A DNA stretch of 64,000 nucleotides, taken from the NCBI GenBank assembly GCA_030704615.1, contig CM060733.1, positions 67,704,001 to 67,768,000 on the forward strand, in the 5' to 3' direction. The translations under genes were made by a program, and so were the position numbers. Positions 12,470 through 24,699 of the stretch are shown here, piece after piece. Numbering within the stretch: the stretch's first letter is position 1; the number at the start of each line of letters is the position of its first letter. Source of the DNA: Takakia lepidozioides (lineage: Eukaryota; Plantae; Bryophyta). The notes below the pieces were generated by a model. It made no database searches, was not told the origin of the DNA, and saw only the letters and a list, made by a program, of their open reading frames with translations.

Positions 12470-15400
12470 ATTCTACCCACCCAGCCTGGCCTACAATGAC
12501 GCACCACTCCACGTCTCCTATAGCAGGTCCCTGGGGGCAGTGGCCATCTACTTCTTGGCATAGCTTCAAGCATCATAATCTGGATCCACAAGCTCAAGCT
12601 GCGACGACGGGTCCTACAACAACCTCCTCCAACTCAATGTCCACTTTCTTCCAAGAAGCATACTTACCTCCCACTCAAAATCTCTACCATTCTTCTTTCC
12701 ATCACAAGCATCCTCTTACTTTTCCCTTTGTTCTATCTACAATTTGTGTCCAACAGTGTACCCACATTTTTCCACTGCCAAGCCCGTTGCAGTATTTCCC
12801 TGCCCAATTCTACCCGCTTGGCCTACCCTCTACGTACCCTACCCCCCAGAATTTTCTTTTTGAAACCCCTACTGTGCGCCAGTCACCACCCATGATCTCT
12901 GCCCACACCATAGCCCACTTCATCCATGTTACCATACGCCTCACCACTTATTTCCCACTCCACTGCTCCCCACCCAACCATCCTAACCTGCCTATTTCTA
13001 CACCAATTATGTTGCTCCTCTACTGGTGCCCTGCTTCACATCCAGCCTCTCCACTCCTCCCCTTAGCAGCACACCCACTGCCTGCCAGCACTATAAACAA
13101 TAAACATGACCACATTAATTACCCCAATAGATCTCTCAGCCACGGTGTGCCCCCTACACTACCTCCACCTCCTTTATATTGCACTCATGCTCGTACTTAC
13201 CACCCACATCCCCCCCACCCCCCATATTCGACCCCATACCCAGCTCACTACTCCATTTCCAACTTCTGCTCAACAGTCATCCCACATCTCAATCCTGTCA
13301 GTATTCTCCCAATGCCATGCTGTTCAACCTCACCTGCCTAGCGCACCCTTACGATCCCCCCCCCCCCCCCCCCCCCACAATCCCATATGAGCAACCCCCA
13401 GATATGCATCAGCCTCCACCTTCGGCCTCCCCCCACTTCACACCCCGCTACATCCCAGACACGCAACCCCTTACTACTTATTCCACACCCCAACATTCTA
13501 CAATAAACTCCCAATACCAGCCTATATCTTCACTAACTGCTCTGCTCATGTGCCTGCTCTCTCCTTCTCCCCCAGCTGCCTGGTCCCCCAACTCAGCCTG
13601 AGGCCCTCTACCTGCCCCTGCCAATCTCAACCAGACCCCCAATTCTTATTTCCATGGCCCTCTTATCCAATACGTGCCCTTTACTTCCTCCCCAATGTCA
13701 TGCTGTATTATCCTACAATTTGCATTAAAGTGCTATCATTTTATGCCCCTTGTTCTAATTCCCCTCTCTCTTTTACAAGCTTCGTGACAAATCTCCAGTC
13801 AATGCCCCACATATGTTCCACATATGTACCCTATCTCTACTGCCAGCACCACCTCACATTACAACTTGGAGGGGCCCTGGGCCTAAGGGAAGTCTTCTCT
13901 TCTCACCTGATCCATCTGTCTGCCCCACCACTTACCTTTACCATGTTCGTCCACTGTCACCCCTTGCTCAACTCTACCTCATACAATCAGTACTACCCTA
14001 CGTTCATGCCCAAGAGCCCCCAAACGTCCAAGTTAATCCATGCTCTCCCGCTGCCACAACTTTCTCATTATGTTCCACTGTCCCAACGCACTGCCCCCGG
14101 CAGTTTCTAAAGCCTCAGTTAAATCCCTGGCTGTTTCATTCTGAGTACTCAACCAGTAGCCCCCTTAACCCATATCCACCGTTCACAACCTCCCCACCGG
14201 TAAATGTTATGGCCTACCTCTCATCACCCTCCCTGCCCAAATACTGCCCCTACCTCGAGAGCCCTCTTTCATGCCTTGCCCTCCTACTCCCCCTTAGCAG
14301 CTGCCTGTCAGACCCAACAATCACCAAATTACCCACAAGCTAGAAATCTATAATCTTGTCTGTCCAGACTCTACTAGGCCCTGTTTTAGTGACCTCTCTA
14401 TCAGGCCTACTCCCTGCCCCTTCCCTTCATGGGGCTGCCATACCCTAGCCCTCACCTTACTGGTCTACCCCCTTCTCTGCAATTCCGCTACAAAGCCCCC
14501 ACCCCACTAGCATTTACAATTTGGTCTTATTCTCTACTGAATTTTGTTCTAACCCCCACCGAGCTTTATCGCAGGCTTCTCATCCAACATTCACCACACA
14601 GCACACCCACTCTTCCCCCTCTGGGGCTCTCTAAACCAATGGCCCTCTATATTTCACTCAATCATATACATATGCCCCTCATATGCTTATGTTGTTAAAA
14701 TGCAAAGACTTTCCACACCCCTACCAACTACGCACATATGCCCCGCATATGTACACACAACACACAAAACCCCCCATCACATTCTCTCATCCCAGAACTC
14801 TACCCTCTCATCCTAAAGGGCCCACTATCCAAAACATACATCATCTCTCCAACACTCAAATGACACATATGCCACATTGTCTACCCACCATTTACGAGGG
14901 GCCCTCGTAGCCCCACCAATTTATCTTGCCCCTGCCCCTTCCCAAACCCCATATCACACCACCCTCCTTGCTTAGATTCGGCCTCTGTGCCATGCCAAGC
15001 CTTGTAAGGGTACCCTCACTGACCACAATCCTACCCAGCACTCCCAGCCCAGGACCTCATCAATCCTACTTGGCACCCTGCCACATGCAACATCGAGCAT
15101 ACCAACACACATACCCAAGCCCCCCCCCACTATGCACTACATAGGGAACATAACCTGTCACCAATTACTTCCAAAACCTCAGTGCTTGTCAAACAAAGGC
15201 ATCACTGCCACAACCAATATCACTGGCCCATGTCCACCTCAATTCCATCTACAACCGCCTACCTCTGCTTGCGCCTGATATTAACTACCAAACCACATTT
15301 ACTGATACACTCTTCTGCCGACTGTAACAATTGTAACCTCTTAATGCCCAACTCTTTAAGTTGGATTAATACCCTCCGCCCCCCCTAGTAATCACCACCT

Positions 15401-15700
15401 CTCTCTAACCAATTCAGCACCGACTCCCACCATCACACCACCACACCCAACTTCATACAAAGTACACAAAGCATAGCTGTCCACTGACAGATGCATATCA
15501 CCACCTTGCCATGCGCTAACACTTCTTAATACCCCCCCTTACTCCAACATCTCATAGCCGCCGCTCAGGCACAAAAGGCTAACGGTTCCAATTAATAGTA
15601 CACCAAGAAGTTCTTGCCGCCAGGCACTCTCACATCGCTGCCATACTGCCCCCGCATATAGGCTGCAGCCATACGCCATGGAAGCCACTTCCTCCCCTCC
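12470..15700. other. Strongly C-rich/G-poor degenerate sequence, probably a decayed non-LTR element
   Basis: Extreme strand skew; only Pro/His/Ser-rich ORFs with no recognisable domain. Confidence 0.35.
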
Positions 15701-15949
15701 ACCACCTTGGCAATTTTGCCTTAGCCTTCCTCCTCCGCTCTCAACACTCTGCCCATTTCCCCCCCTTGCACAACTACTAGTTGTAGGCTCTTATCCACGC
15801 ATGTCTCTCTCCAAACTTGGTAGCACCCAGAAGCGAGTGGGTAGTATTCAAAAGCACCATCATCCTCTTTCTACCATAGTCACCCAGAGCAAACGAGCTA
15901 GCTCACTCCAGCTCTCGACACATCATTCCACGTCGAGGGCCAGTCAAAT

Positions 15950-16720
15950 GGATAAGGATTATGACATGGACATCCGCCAAGAGGAGGGAATGGACGCCAG
16001 CAACATGCACCCCTCCGACAAATTATTCTTTGCAGCAGAGAACGCTTACCAAGACGCTCCACACAAAGCCCTGCGAAGGCCAGCAACAAGCAGACTCCAG
16101 CAACTCATGAAGTCACACCCCCGTCGTTTTTAACAACACCCAGGCAGAGACGAGTGCCACCTCAAACAGCAAACACTTCGCCAGCGGAGCTCCTAGCTAC
16201 CATCCCCCGCACCAAGCGAATCCAACAGTGAGGCAGGCAGTAGCCACTCTGACTCCAAAAAATCCAAAGGCATAGGAACACCAAGCCCCATAGCACACCG
16301 TGGCTCCCTATTTCTTTCCAACATGCAGCAATACTGGATGGGCTATCCCACGCTCGAGCAGCATGCGATGGACTCTGCGCGCCTCTAGCAACAGAAGAGC
16401 GTTCTTCGTCTGAGCTCCAACAGATTGGCCTATGCAACTCGGAATTCATGAAATGTGCCATTGCCCCAAGGCCTACCCGCACGTCCCCCAGCTGCACTAC
16501 CCATCAGCAAGACCCGATGGCCGAGAAGGTTAGCTCCTCCCACTCACGCAATTACCAAAGGGCACCCAAATTGACCCCGTATCGGGCCTCTCAGTTTCGC
16601 CCCTGCACATTATGATTCGTTTCGACAGCGACACTAACATGTCAAAGGAGCAAGCGCTCTACCGCGCCCGCAAATGTTTAGAAGTTATGAACATCCCTCT
16701 CGGCAAAGTGTACTGCTGTA
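15950..16720 (+). pseudogene. Possible degenerate 5' fragment of a LINE ORF1
   Basis: Broken frames with a protein-like stretch IMIRFDSDTNMSKEQALYRARKCLEVMNIPLG; resemblance to LINE ORF1 is from recall only. Confidence 0.3.
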
Positions 16721-17060
16721 AGTACCTCTGACTTTGGCCACAGAAAGGTTCGACTTATGTCTTGCCTACCAGTAACCTATTTTGCTCAAACTAAGATAAT
16801 ACAATGCCATTAACTTCTGTTTCCACGTCATTGTATTTTTGTTTTTTGGGGGGTTCCTATTTTTCTGCTCTTCCAAACTTTGCTTTCCTCATTGGACCCC
16901 CGGCAAGGAAATGCGGCGCCGCATTTCCAAGTAACGTCGTAGGTACTGGTAGTTGCGGCCTTCGTCATTGTAAGATAGTCGCACCGAGTCTTCAGGGCGC
17001 CGATCGTCACCAACAGCGAACCCCCCAAAAATCTCGCACGTGCGAGCCGTAATGCGGCAC

Positions 17061-17787
17061 TGTCGCGCACCTCACTTCGGTAAGCTCCCCTTCAAGTCAT
17101 AGTTATTTAGTTCTGATGCGCGCACCTAACTCCCTAACTGGCCGCCGGGCCAACTTGGAGCTTTGGCTGCTCACCGGGACATAACGGTCCCCCTTTACTC
17201 ATCCACAAGACCCTCTCCCAATTTGGGCCTAGTGGAAATTCCCTTTGGTCGATGGCAGTCCGGAATAGCTCCTCACACCTTGGTCGTTTTCCGGCTCGCA
17301 CGGTTACTCACTAGTTTTTGGTCACCAACGGGCTTGCACCGTTCTCGGGGTTACTACTCCCTATATATACTTCTGTGACTGTCCGCGGGGGTTTCACAAA
17401 CAACCATGCCATTTTATGGCGAACCACCACGAAAACCCTCGATTCCCGGTGATGAGTCGCGGTGAGTCTTGGCCCACTCACCACGGCCCCATTGGACTGT
17501 GATGAGTCCCAAGACTCCCCACGACTCCCACCACAAGGTCTCCGCCCCCATGGTGAGTCCTATGCCACCCCCACTAAGTCCCACTAAGCTACCACCACCC
17601 CTCGTGGAACCACCCCCACCACAACCCGGTGTGCGGGGCTCTACCTAGTGAGCGCCTCCGCCTCCTTGAGTGCCTTGGGCACTCAAGGGTGCTTTAGCCC
17701 CCGCATCTATTGTCGCCACTGCCCCCACCATAGGGGCAGCCCCTCTCGTGTCCCGACTCCCTGCCCTTAAGGCGAAGGGCCGCGACA
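17061..17787 (-). repeat. 3' LTR of the chromovirus
   Basis: About 20 differences (manual count) from 23187-23912. Confidence 0.96.
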
Positions 17788-18693
17788 CACACCCCTACCA
17801 ACATGGAGTCGATGTTCTCATCGACTTGTCTATTTTGTAGAAACGAACATCCAAGTTGTGGCGTCCCACATCAAGGAGTTTGTTTCCGCACCATGGCGTC
17901 TCATGGCTAAGAACCAAACCCCCACTTGACTCTACTCTCCACTAGCTAGTTTGGCCGACTTCCTCCAAGTCCCGGCCAAGGGTGGGGCCTCTCAAGCTCC
18001 TCCCTATGCACTCTTCATGATCCACTTCAGGGACAACGAACGATCCTCCCCGAGGATCGAATCGCCTTACTGCAACAACGTTTGCTTGCGACCGCTCGTG
18101 ATGTCGCTTTTTGGCATCACCTTGAGCAAGCGTTCGCCTTGAACCCTTTTTGACTAGGAAGATAACCTTGAACCAACCGTGCGCCCCAGTCACTACAATT
18201 GGGTCCACCTTGGAATGCTGGCCTGAGGTACGGGAACACGCTGAAGCCGCACTACGACTTCGTCCCGAGGCTACACGATTATAGTACGTGAACGGAAGCA
18301 CGTAGCTTCCGCGTTAGCCCGCACTACAAGGCAACCCCCTCAATAGCGCAGTTATAGTACGCGCACGCGCCAGGTGCGCACTAGCACGTGAACTCCTAAC
18401 GAAGGTGCAAGTTTCCTTGCCCATTGGGTGGGAGTCACCCGATTTCGGCACTACACAAACACACGATTAATCCAATTTACCTCTCCCACTTTGTAAGCTT
18501 AGCATGCATTCTACACACTAGCCAACCATACCATGCATCACCATTCCAAACAAAATAGGACGCACAACATTTGGAAACCATTTCATTTATAACAAAATTT
18601 GTACAATACAAGTTTTTGCAATCGGATTCCTGAGCTAGCTAAGCCAGGCTAAGCATGCATTTCCTCCCCCACGCTCCAAGGTTGATGTCCCCA

Positions 18694-21600
18694 TCAACGC
18701 TTCTTCCGCTTTTGAGGTCGCCCTTCGAAAGCTGCAACCGCCTCGGATGCGTTCCCCATTTCTGAGGCACGCACCCAAGATGCCTCCACATGATGATAGC
18801 CCTTCCATTTCACGAGATACTCCGTTTCTCGATTCTTGAACCTCCTCGACTTAAGCACTGCCTCCACCTTGTACTCAGGTTCATTTTCATGATCCAACAG
18901 CACAGGTGGCGGACGCAACACTTGAGGCCGATTCGGACGCGCTTCATCTTTGAAGTAAGGCTTCAAAAGGGAGACGTGGAATACCGGATGCACCTTGCTG
19001 TTTGCCGGCAGCTCCAGTTCATATACATCCTCATTCATAACCTTCCGGATGCAAAAGGGTCCCGCATACGGAGGTACGAACTTCGGACTCACTTCCGGAG
19101 GTAGTCGAAAATTCTTGATGTTCAACCAGACCTCCGTGCCTGCCTCAAACTTAACCTCCCTCCGCTTCTGATTCGTCTGCCGTTCATACCGTTTCCTAGC
19201 TTTGGCAATGTTGTACTTTGCGAGCTTCAACAAACGCTCGCGTTCTTTCAGCACTGCCGCTGCTGCCGGTTCTTCAACATCTTGGGCGGCCCAACTTGTC
19301 GGCACCAGAGGTGCTTTTCCATAAACCAATACAAAGGGGGAAACTCCCGTTGCGGAATGTTTTGTGTTATTATAACAGAACTCTGTCGCATCCAAGTGCT
19401 CCACCCAGTCCGATTGGTCTGCCGACACGTAATTCCGCAAGATCTGCTTCACCACGGAATTCACCCTTTCTGTTTGGCCGTCCGTCGTAGGTCGGAAGGC
19501 GGTGCTCATTTTGAGCCTCGTCCCCATTTTGTTCCAAAGTGCCCTCCAAAATTTACTTGTAAACTTTGGATCGCGGTCTGAGACAATATCCTTCGGGAGT
19601 CCATGATGCTTGAAGACGTGGGCGAAGTAAAGTCGCCCCGTCTCCTGCGCCGTAGCCGTCTCCTTGGTGGGGATGAAATGACCCATTTTACTGAACCTAT
19701 CCACCACCACCATGATTGCATCGAATCCTTTTGACAGCGGCATAGCAGTCATGAAATCCATCGAGACACTTTCCCAAGACCCCTCTGGAATCGGCAAGGG
19801 TTGTAACAGCCCCGCTTGCTTTTTGTACTCGCTCCGGTTTTGTTGGCATGTGGTGCATGTCTTGACATACTCCTCGGCCTCCTCCCTCAGTTTGGGCCAG
19901 AAATACTCTTTCTTCAAGAGTGCCGCGGTGCGCTTGGCTCCGCCGTGGCCCGCAAGCGGGCCTTCATGGCATTCTCCCAAGAGACTATCTCTGATCCCTC
20001 CCTTCGGCACGTAGAGACGTTTTTGCTTGTACCGGAGTAGTCCACTTTGCAAGTGGAACTGTGATTAAACCCCCATCCTCAAGTCCCGCATCACGGACTT
20101 CACCATCTCATCCTTCCGGTAAGCCTTCTGGATCTTCCTCTGGAGCGCCGTATCGCCCTTGTACACTAGCATGAGCTGCTGCTTTCTACTTAAAGCATCG
20201 GCTACCACATTGTCCCGTCCTGGTTTGTACTGGATATCCACATCAAACACCGCCAAAGTGTCTTGCCACCTAGTTGTTTTGGGGGACAACTTAGTCTACG
20301 TGGCAAAATACTTCACCGTGACATTGTCCGTGAATACCTTCACCAGGTTGGACCAACATAGTGGCGCCAAAGCTCAAGGCAATGCACCACCGCCTTCATC
20401 TCTTTCTCGTGCATTGGCCACCGTCGCTCCACTTCATTCACTTTCTTACTTTCGTAAGCCACTGGATGTCCATCCTGCATGAGTACACCTCCAATCGCAA
20501 AGTCCGACGCATCCGTATGAATCTCAAATAGGCGGTCGAACTCCGGGATTTTCAGGACTGGAGCTTCCGCCATCCGCTGCTTCAACTCTGCAAAAGCTTG
20601 GCCACAAAAGGTGTTCCATACCCATACCTTGGATTTACACAGAAGGTCTGACAACGGCCCCGTGATCTTGGCAAAATTTCTCACATACTTTCGGTAATAG
20701 GAGGCGAGTCTTAAGAAGGATCGCACTCCTGGGACCGAAGTCGAAGGCTCCCAGTCCAAGATCGCCCTCACGTTTCTGTCATCCATTTTTATCCCATCTT
20801 GTGTAATCACATGCCCCAGGAACTCCACTTTTATGACCCCGAATTCGCACTTTGAAGCTTTGGCATACAACTTCCCTTCCCGTAATTTTTGGAATACCCT
20901 TTTTAGGTGTTCCAGGTGCTCTTCTTTTGTTTTCGAGTACACCAAGATGTCGTCGATGTACACGATCAGCAAGTCATCCAACCACTCCTGGAAAGGCTGT
21001 TCATTAGCGTGCTAAAGGTCGTAGGTGCGTTGGTGAGCCCAAAAGGCATCACCAATAACTCATATGAACCATACCTTGTCTTGCACGCGGTCTTCTCCTC
21101 GTCTCCTTCCGCCACTTGAATTTGATGGTAGCCGGAGCGCAAATTCGATCCGGCTGAAATACTTCGCTCCTGCCAACCAATCAAAGAGGTCGTTGATCCT
21201 TGGCAAAGGGTACTGGTTTTTTATAGTCACCTTATTTAAAAGCCCTGTAATCGACACACATCCGCAGCGTCCCATCCTTCTTGTCTGCAAATAACACTGG
21301 GGCTCCGTAAGGTGACTTACTCGGCCGGATGTACCCCTTTGACATTAGATCCTTGAGCTGAGTCTTCAGCTCGACCAACTCTCTGTGGCTCAACCGGTAG
21401 GGCGCCTTGGCAGGCGGCTCCGATCCCGGTAACACCTCAATCTTGTGGTCAACTCCTCTTCGCGGTGACAAGCCGCTTGGTAAATCCTCCGGCATCACAT
21501 CCTGGTATTTCTCCAAAATCCCCTTGATTCAATCTGGGCGTGGCTCCCTATCGCCTTCTCCCTTCATTTGTCTCACGTAAAGCAAAAACTGGGGCTCGTG

Positions 21601-23185
21601 TGGCTCTTCCACGACCCACTCCTTTGCTGTCAACAGGTTTATTTGCCCTCCCACTGGGTTGGGCGTTTCCGACATTCTTAAAACTTCGCCACCATTCCCA
21701 CACGGTAGTGTGACTACTATCTTGCGGCCATCTATGACCGCTCCAGATTTGCTCAAAAATGTCATTCCCAAAATTAGATCCACTCCATTGATCTCGCAAA
21801 TGGTGAAGTTCTCACGTCCCTCCCAACTCTCGAGCTGAAGGAGTGCAACGCTCCTGTGTCCACCAACAACGACACATTAGTTCCGGAAATTATCCCACTC
21901 ACGAACAATAACGGACTCCATTTACGTAGGGCGCCAGTCTCCTGATACAACTCACAAGAGTAGTTGCATATCTTGCAAGTCTTGGCAACCACTGCCTCCA
22001 CCAAGCGGCTAATGGAATCCTCGGACAAATCCGTGGTTGCCCGAGTCATGTTCAATTGTCGGGGTTTCGCGCACTTTTTTGCCATGTGCCCGGGTTCCCC
22101 GCAATTAAAGCACACTCCATCGAAGGTCGCCTTCTGTCCGCCATAAGCCGCCGCACCTGGTTTTCCTTTTGGGGCACCGAGTGCCGTTTTGACGTGTGAG
22201 GGCCCTCCCTTCGATTTCCATGTGCCATTGTCGCCGCGTGACCTATTCCACTTTTTTTCCAGTCGGAAGGAGTCACCCTCCCGCCGGGTCTTCTTGTGGT
22301 TCAGCTCCCTACGGCCTTGTCTTTCGCCCCTGGGACATCCGAGAAACATTCAGCCCTCTCAATTGCCTCGTTCAAAGTCTTATGTGGTTTCTCCTCCAAC
22401 TTCCGTCTGGCCCATGGGGCCAGTCCCGCCACAAAGTTGAAGACCATTTCTGGTTTTGCCATGTCCGTGACTTTGAGCAACAGCATATTGAAAGCCTGAA
22501 CATATCCCCGAATGTCATCTGTTTGCTTCAGATTCCTCATCTTGTCCCGGGCGAGCCAGGACGCGTTGAGGGGCACAATCTGTCTCTTCATCAGTTCCTT
22601 GAACCCACTCTAGTTCAAGGTTTCCGGGTTTGGACCTCGGTCATGAAGGCGTTTTTGCCACCCTTGCTGAGCATAGCCCCTCAAATAGGTGGGAGCCACT
22701 TCCACCCAATCTTCGTCTCTCAACTTGGCGGCCCGGAAGTACTGCTCTAGCTCCAAGAGCCAGGTGTTGAGTGCCTTCCGATTTCGGACGCCCTCGAAGG
22801 TGCCGGGTTCCTTAGGCTTCACCTTAAAATTTGCCTTAGTGGAAGTGGCATTAGCCGCCTTCAACACGTCTTTCAACGTCCCGCCAAACTGCGCGAACAA
22901 CCCTTCCCAAAAGGCTGCTGGCATGGGAGGCATCTGTTGGTCTGTCGGAGCTCTCTAGAATTCCTCGGGCTCTGACTCCTCAGATTTCTCCCGTTCTGGA
23001 GCGGCCTCATTTTCAAAAGCATGCATCGCTTCATCAAATGGCCGCTTCGGTGACACGTCGCCCCCATCGGGCTCACCAGGATCATCATCTTTCGGGCCGT
23101 TCCGCTTTTGCTTTGGCTTGCCCGACCCCAGGATGAGGCCGATCCCAAGGATGATTGCGTACTGAACTCTAAGCTCTGATACCAA
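18694..23185 (-). pseudogene. gag-pol: gag-pol with stops and frameshifts (zinc knuckle, protease, RT, RNase H, integrase, chromodomain)
   Basis: CFNCGEPGHMAKKC; LVDTGA; YIDDILVYS; TDASDFAIGGVL; SMDFM..SDRD..DGQTE; EYKVEAVLKSRR..EYLVKWKGY. Confidence 0.95.
23173..23184 (-). other. Primer-binding site complementary to initiator tRNA-Met
   Basis: TGGTATCAGAGC on the - strand, 2 nt from the 5' LTR. Confidence 0.95.
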
Positions 23186-23186
23186 G

Positions 23187-23912
23187 TGTCGCGCACCTCA
23201 CTTTGGTAAGCTCCCCTTCAAGTCATAGTTACTCGCTCTGATGCGCGCGCCTAACTCCCTAACTGGCCGCCGGGCCAACTCGGAGCTTCGGCTGCTCACC
23301 GGGACATAACGGTCCCCCTGTACTCCTCCACAAGACCCTCTCCCAATTTGGGCCTAGTGGAAATTCCCTTTGGTCGATGGCAGTCCGGAATAGCTCCCCA
23401 CACCTTGGTCGTTTTCCGGCTCGCACGCTTACTCACTAGTTTTTGGTCACCAACGGGCTTGCATCATTCTCGGGGTTACTACTCCCTATATATACTTCTG
23501 TGACTGTCCGCGGGGGTTTCACAAACAACCATGCCATTTTATGGCGAACCACCACGAAAACCCTCGATTCCCGGTGATGAGTCGCGGTGAGTCTTGGCCC
23601 ACTCACCACGGCCCCATTGGACTGTGATGAATCCCAAGACTCCCCACGACTCCCACCACAAGGTCTCCGCCCCCATGGTGAGTCTTATGCCACCCCCACT
23701 AAGTCCCACTAAGCTACCACCACCCCTCGTGGAACCACCCCCACCACAACCCGGTGTGCGGGGCTCTACCTAGTGAGTGCCTCCGCCTCCTTGAGTGCCT
23801 TGGGCACTCAAGGGTGCTTTAGCCCCCGCATCTATTGTCGCCACTGCCCCCACCACAGGGGCAGCCCCTCTCGTGTCCCGACTCCCTGCCCTCAAGGTGA
23901 AGGGCCGCGACA
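23187..23912 (-). repeat. 5' LTR of the chromovirus
   Basis: Near-identical to 17061-17787. Confidence 0.96.
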
Positions 23913-24134
23913 GGCACCGCATTTCCCAGGTGAGTCGCAAACCTTTCCCGCCGAATGCAAGAAGAAGAAAGAATTTTGAAGTACTGCAGACTCTATTGTT
24001 GCATGGGGATCATACAATCGCGGCAAAAGGGTCAGCTTCATTCCAATGTTAGGGCATATAAAACCGCGGAATACTCTATACAGGCCAGTATGCGGCGTCC
24101 TTTTGTTGTGGTATACTGGATTTCTCGTTGCACG

Positions 24135-24399
24135 GTCAGTCATTTCCATGAGCAGATCTAAAAAACCATGAGCGGAATTGTTACAGACGACATATCTTTG
24201 CCGCATTACAGGATCTGGAACTTCCAAAAATGGCAATGTCAAATAAAAGACTATTATTTTAATACTTTTTTAATTTGTCGCATTTCCAAATTTGGAGGAG
24301 TCCGCTCATGAAAACCGCGTGTCTTAGACTTTGGCTCACCGCTCATGCAGCTCATGCGGCTCATGGCTCATGGCTCATGGTTTCTGCTCATGAAATAGT
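24135..24399 (+). repeat. Putative DNA-transposon terminus with GCTCATG subterminal repeats ending GCTCATGAAATAGT
   Basis: Nearly the same motif run as 27280-27326; partner end not found. Confidence 0.6.
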
Positions 24400-24699
24400 A
24401 AACCTCATGCTGACTGTTCATACTACATCCATCCTGATCCACGAAATGAACCAAGACCTTCATCATTCTCCTCGCTCATCCACGTTCATCCTTCTTTACT
24501 TACGTTCATTCCCTTCCACTGTTCATCCAGTTTGTCTCGCCTCTTTCCTTGTTGTGTCCTTCCCCGCACATTCTATACTCTACTTGCGAACTCCAAGGGA
24601 ATGGCAGGGCCCACAAATATCCACTTCATCTACTAGTTGAATCATTAGGTGGGTCATGACATCAAAAAATGATGGTGGAAACTCTTTCTCAAGAGGCAT

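Larger units (their letters stand above)
17061..23912 (-). mobile_element. Complete Ty3/Gypsy chromovirus LTR retrotransposon, coding region decayed
   Basis: TG..CA LTRs at 17061-17787 and 23187-23912; 5-bp TSD GGCAC (17056-17060 and 23913-23917); tRNA-iMet PBS; PPT next to 17788; gag-PR-RT-RH-IN-chromodomain order. Confidence 0.97.

Noticed and set aside
12496-15400. Pro/His/Ser-rich ORFs as genes
   Set aside because: Explained by extreme C-rich skew; no motifs
18694-18900. Chromodomain on integrase as a novelty
   Set aside because: Standard feature of chromoviruses
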